A stretch of 64,000 nucleotides of DNA. Origin: Nitrospinales bacterium (GTDB taxonomy: Bacteria; Nitrospinota; Nitrospinia; Nitrospinales; VA-1). Of this stretch, positions 60,759 through 64,000 are shown one piece after another (positions within the stretch are counted from its first letter, which is position 1; each line of letters opens with the position of its first letter). The notes below the pieces were generated by a model. The model was not told where the DNA came from and searched no databases. It saw only the letters and a program-made list of their open reading frames with translations. The position numbers and the translations under genes were made by a program. Location of the stretch: contig CBDCWG010000012.1 in the NCBI GenBank assembly GCA_965223345.1, positions 2,720,001 through 2,784,000 on the forward strand, in the 5' to 3' direction.

Positions 60759-62897
60759 TTATCCCGGCTGTAGAACTTTCGAGAACGGCCGCTGCCCGAT
60801 GAGCAGCAGTTCGTCCTGGGCGCGGGTGACGGCAACGTACATCAAATTCCGGCTCTCTTCCTTGCGGTGCGGGTAGTTGTCCTCGTCGGGATCGACGATC
60901 GCCACCGCGTCGAATTCCAGCCCCTTCACCTGGTGAATATTGGTCACCAGGACGCCGGGTTCGAACGAAAACTGGCTGCGGTAGCCGAGCCTGAGACCCT
61001 CGGGGATCATCTCTTCCAGATCCTCCTTCAACTCCATGGCCTGCTTCGGATAGCGGCACACGAGCGCGATCAGCCGGTTCGGGTCCTCCGCGCGCAATCC
61101 TGCGGTCCAGTCGGCCAGGGTTTCCAGGACGCCGTTGCGGTCTTCGGCGCGTTGCCATTTGGGAGGCGGTCCCTGCCGGCCTTCCACCGGGCCGCCGGTG
61201 CCCGCGACGCGGTGCGCCAGCTCCATGATGGGCACGGTGCAGCGGAAGGAGACCTGAAGCTGAATCAGGTCCGAGGCGTCCATTTTCAGATGCTGCACGA
61301 TGCGGTCCCAGCCGATGAATTTGCGCGAGAACAGGATTTTCTGGCTCACGTCGCCGACGATGGTGAGGTGGCGCGGGTCGTGCACGGCGTGCTTCATGAC
61401 GGAAAACTCCACCGGGCCGAAATCCTGCACTTCGTCGATCACCAGGTGGTCGAGCACGACGGGCAGTCCGTTTTTTCCGGGCAGGCCGCCGTTTTTGAGC
61501 TGGATGTTCTTGAGCAGCAGCGACAGGTCGAAGTAATCCAGCGTCTTGTTCCTGCGGTTCTTCTCGGTGATCTTTTTGAGGTACGCCAGGTGCTCGTCGC
61601 GCTTGGGATGGGGTTTGAGGTGCGCCTTGAGCCCGGTTTCATCGCACAGCAGCCCGTAGATGTCGCTCACGTAATCTTCCAGCGCAGCGAGGTGGGCCTG
61701 CAACGCCTGCAGATACTGCTTTTTCTCCGGCTCCGGCAGGGCGGCCTGTTTCACCTCGTGCAGGAAATCGCGCAGGCGCGGCAGCAATGGCTTCGTGCCG
61801 CTCTCGACCCAGAGGCGGCGCAAGGATTCGCGTGTCTCGAAGCGTTCGCGCAGCGAGCGGTCGATCTCATCGGCCTGCCGCTCGACACGGGCGGACAGGG
61901 CCGCCAGGATCTCCTCGGAGAACTTGATGGATTCGACGAATTCGGGCAGGTTGAAAAATTTGAAATGCGGCGTCTTGCGCATGGCGTTGCGGATGATGGC
62001 AAACGCCCAGGCGTTGAACGTGGTGGTCTCGACGCCCTCGATGCCCATCGACGGCAGGGTGGCGCCGACGTACATCTGCAGCGCCTTGTTCATGACGACG
62101 ACGCGGGTGTTTTCGGGACGCGCGCCGGAGTTGGCGTCGTGCAGCAGCCAGGCGAGCCGGTGCAGCGCGACGGTGGTTTTCCCGGAACCCGCCGAGCCCT
62201 GAATGATGACTGGCCGGTCCGGATCGCTGGTGATGAGCTGGAACTGGTCCTTGGTGATCAAAGACAGGATGCTGGGCAGGCGTTTTTCCCGGCTGTGGGC
62301 GGTGCGGGAGCGGTGCGCGGCGATTTCGGCGTCCACGTCGAGCTTGATCCAGCCGGTGCCGTTGCAGTGAAAGACCCCCTCGGGCGTGTCGATCTGCACG
62401 AGGCGGCCGTTTTCCACCTTGTAGGAGCGGCGGATCTTGATGCGGCCGCTGCGCTCGCGCTCGTTGATGACCTCGAAGAATTCCTCGCCCTGCTTGTAGT
62501 TGAAATAAAGCGCCGAGATGGGGCCGTTGCGCCAGTCCACGATGCCCGAGTGGACGTTGCCCTTCTTGCCGATCAGAAACGCCACTTCCGAGCCGTCGTC
62601 CTCGGTGGTGACGACGCGGCCGAAATAGGGTTCTGCGATCAATTCCTTCAGCACCTCGTCGCTTTCCTTGCGGATATCGACCACGCGGTGCGCCACCGCC
62701 TCATCGGAAACCAGCGGCTGCCGCTCCTCCGGGTTCCACTCGTTGGTCACCTTCTCGGTGAGGTTGCGCGCCGACAGGTTGGCGGCGATCTTCGCCGCCT
62801 GCGCCTGCGGCAGCTCTTCACACAGGGCTCGGACCGTTTTTTCAAACAATTCCTCTTCCTCGGCGACCAGCTTTTTTTCTTCTTCCGATAATTGCAT
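60759..62897 (-). CDS. HelD-like SF1 ATPase (RNA polymerase recycling motor family)
   Basis: PYFGRV, IVDWR..PISALY, QGSAGSGKTTVALHRLAWLL, IDEVQD, GDVSQ, KGLEFD, YVAVTRA; start ATG 62897. Confidence 0.8.
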   Translation of the reverse strand: MQLSEEEKKLVAEEEELFEKTVRALCEELPQAQAAKIAANLSARNLTEKVTNEWNPEERQPLVSDEAVAHRVVDIRKESDEVLKELIAEPYFGRVVTTEDDGSEVAFLIGKKGNVHSGIVDWRNGPISALYFNYKQGEEFFEVINERERSGRIKIRRSYKVENGRLVQIDTPEGVFHCNGTGWIKLDVDAEIAAHRSRTAHSREKRLPSILSLITKDQFQLITSDPDRPVIIQGSAGSGKTTVALHRLAWLLHDANSGARPENTRVVVMNKALQMYVGATLPSMGIEGVETTTFNAWAFAIIRNAMRKTPHFKFFNLPEFVESIKFSEEILAALSARVERQADEIDRSLRERFETRESLRRLWVESGTKPLLPRLRDFLHEVKQAALPEPEKKQYLQALQAHLAALEDYVSDIYGLLCDETGLKAHLKPHPKRDEHLAYLKKITEKNRRNKTLDYFDLSLLLKNIQLKNGGLPGKNGLPVVLDHLVIDEVQDFGPVEFSVMKHAVHDPRHLTIVGDVSQKILFSRKFIGWDRIVQHLKMDASDLIQLQVSFRCTVPIMELAHRVAGTGGPVEGRQGPPPKWQRAEDRNGVLETLADWTAGLRAEDPNRLIALVCRYPKQAMELKEDLEEMIPEGLRLGYRSQFSFEPGVLVTNIHQVKGLEFDAVAIVDPDEDNYPHRKEESRNLMYVAVTRAQDELLLIGQRPFSKVLQPG

Positions 62898-63142
62898 CGA
62901 CTCATCCGATAAGGGGTGAAAACCGCGGGGGAGAAACACTTAAACCCGCTAATTTAAATTAGAAACTCCTCAGCGGTCAACGATAAAAATCGCCCTTCCC
63001 GTGCGGGCGCGGGGACGGCGGTTTTTGCCGCCGAAACGCCGCCAAAGTTAACCTTTGCAAGCGAATTTTTTTCCGATATCATAGGAGCAAAATTTTTCCA
63101 TATCATTTATTTCCAGATATTTGTGGATTCTCAGGAGCCATC

Positions 63143-64000
63143 ATGAAAACTTATGAAGATTTGGCTGGAGACGGCGGATCGGGAATCGTCAGCCAGGTCG
63201 TCTCGAAGCTGGAAAAACTGCGCGGCCGCCTGGATAAGATCAAGCACAAGGTCGCGCTGATGAGCGGCAAGGGCGGCGTGGGCAAAAGTTCCCTCACGGC
63301 GAATATCGCCGCCTGCCTGGCCGCTAAAGGCCACAAGGTGGGCATCCTCGATGCGGACCTGAACGGGCCCAGCATCTGCCACCTGCTGGGCGTCGGCAGC
63401 GACGTCAAACTGAAGGTCGATGAAGACGGGGTCTTCCCCGGTGAGGGCGCGCAAGGCATCAAGATCATGTCGATGGACATGCTGCTCACGGGAGCGGACA
63501 CGCCGGTCATGTGGACGGAAGAAAAAGGCGCGACGGCGGTCTGGGTGAGCACGATGGAATCGACGGCGCTGCGCGAACTGCTGGCGGACACGCACTGGGG
63601 CGAGCTGGATTTTCTGCTCATCGACATGCCGCCGGGCAGCGACCGCATGGACAACATCCGCGAGTTGATCCCGGAGCTGGAAGGCGTGGTGGAGATCACG
63701 ATCCCCTCGCCGCTGTCGCAGCACATCGTCTCGAAGTCGATCACCAAGAACAACAAGATGGGGGTTCCCATCATCGGGCTCATCGAAAACATGGCCACCT
63801 ATGTCTGCCCCAACTGCGACTGCGAAAGCAAACTGTTCGAAGGACAGGACGTGCATGAGCTGACGGGACGCAAGGGCGTGCCCTACATCGGCAAGATCCC
63901 GTTCGACACGCGCGTTTCCCGCAAAACCGACTCGGGATCGCTGTTTTACACGGAAAACCAGGATTCGCCCACCGGCAAGGCGATCGCCGAGGCGGTGGAC
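63143..64000 (+). CDS. Mrp/NBP35 (ApbC) Fe-S cluster carrier ATPase, truncated by the window end
   Basis: Absent from the ORF track because it has no stop. Manual translation gives MKTYEDL...SGKGGVGKS, DADLNGPS, DMPPG, ENM...CPNC; SD AGGAG. Confidence 0.92.
   Translation, partial: MKTYEDLAGDGGSGIVSQVVSKLEKLRGRLDKIKHKVALMSGKGGVGKSSLTANIAACLAAKGHKVGILDADLNGPSICHLLGVGSDVKLKVDEDGVFPGEGAQGIKIMSMDMLLTGADTPVMWTEEKGATAVWVSTMESTALRELLADTHWGELDFLLIDMPPGSDRMDNIRELIPELEGVVEITIPSPLSQHIVSKSITKNNKMGVPIIGLIENMATYVCPNCDCESKLFEGQDVHELTGRKGVPYIGKIPFDTRVSRKTDSGSLFYTENQDSPTGKAIAEAVD

Overview
GC-rich bacterial core-chromosome window. The combination of a CydA-like 'bd-like' oxidase subunit, a cytochrome c554-type tetrahaem protein and copper nitrite reductase suggests a Nitrospina-like nitrite oxidiser (Nitrospinota); this taxonomy is inference. 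Housekeeping content: the yceD-rpmF-plsX-fabH-fabD-fabG-acpP-fabF-rnc operon, xerD, fbp, hisS, fur, acs, rlmN, lpdA, recO, queA, eno, hemL, mtnP, asd, leuB, truA, a HelD-like ATPase and a partial Mrp/ApbC gene. No rRNA, tRNA, CRISPR array, prophage or transposase was seen. Most unexplained signals are non-coding. (1) A promoter-to-terminator unit of about 175 nt upstream of truA has a 5' end complementary (18 bp plus one bulge) to the 5' leader of a 762-aa coiled-coil gene 6 kb away. (2) A near-consensus promoter with a GNRA hairpin and no gene lies at 15.5 kb. (3) A structured element of about 180 nt lies between rpmF and plsX. Notable protein-level oddities are a NirK with Leu in place of the type-1 Cu axial Met, coupled to a MOSC gene; a bd-like/dihaem-c pair; and a c554 homologue with a CX3CH motif. 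Several start codons were moved relative to the ORF track.
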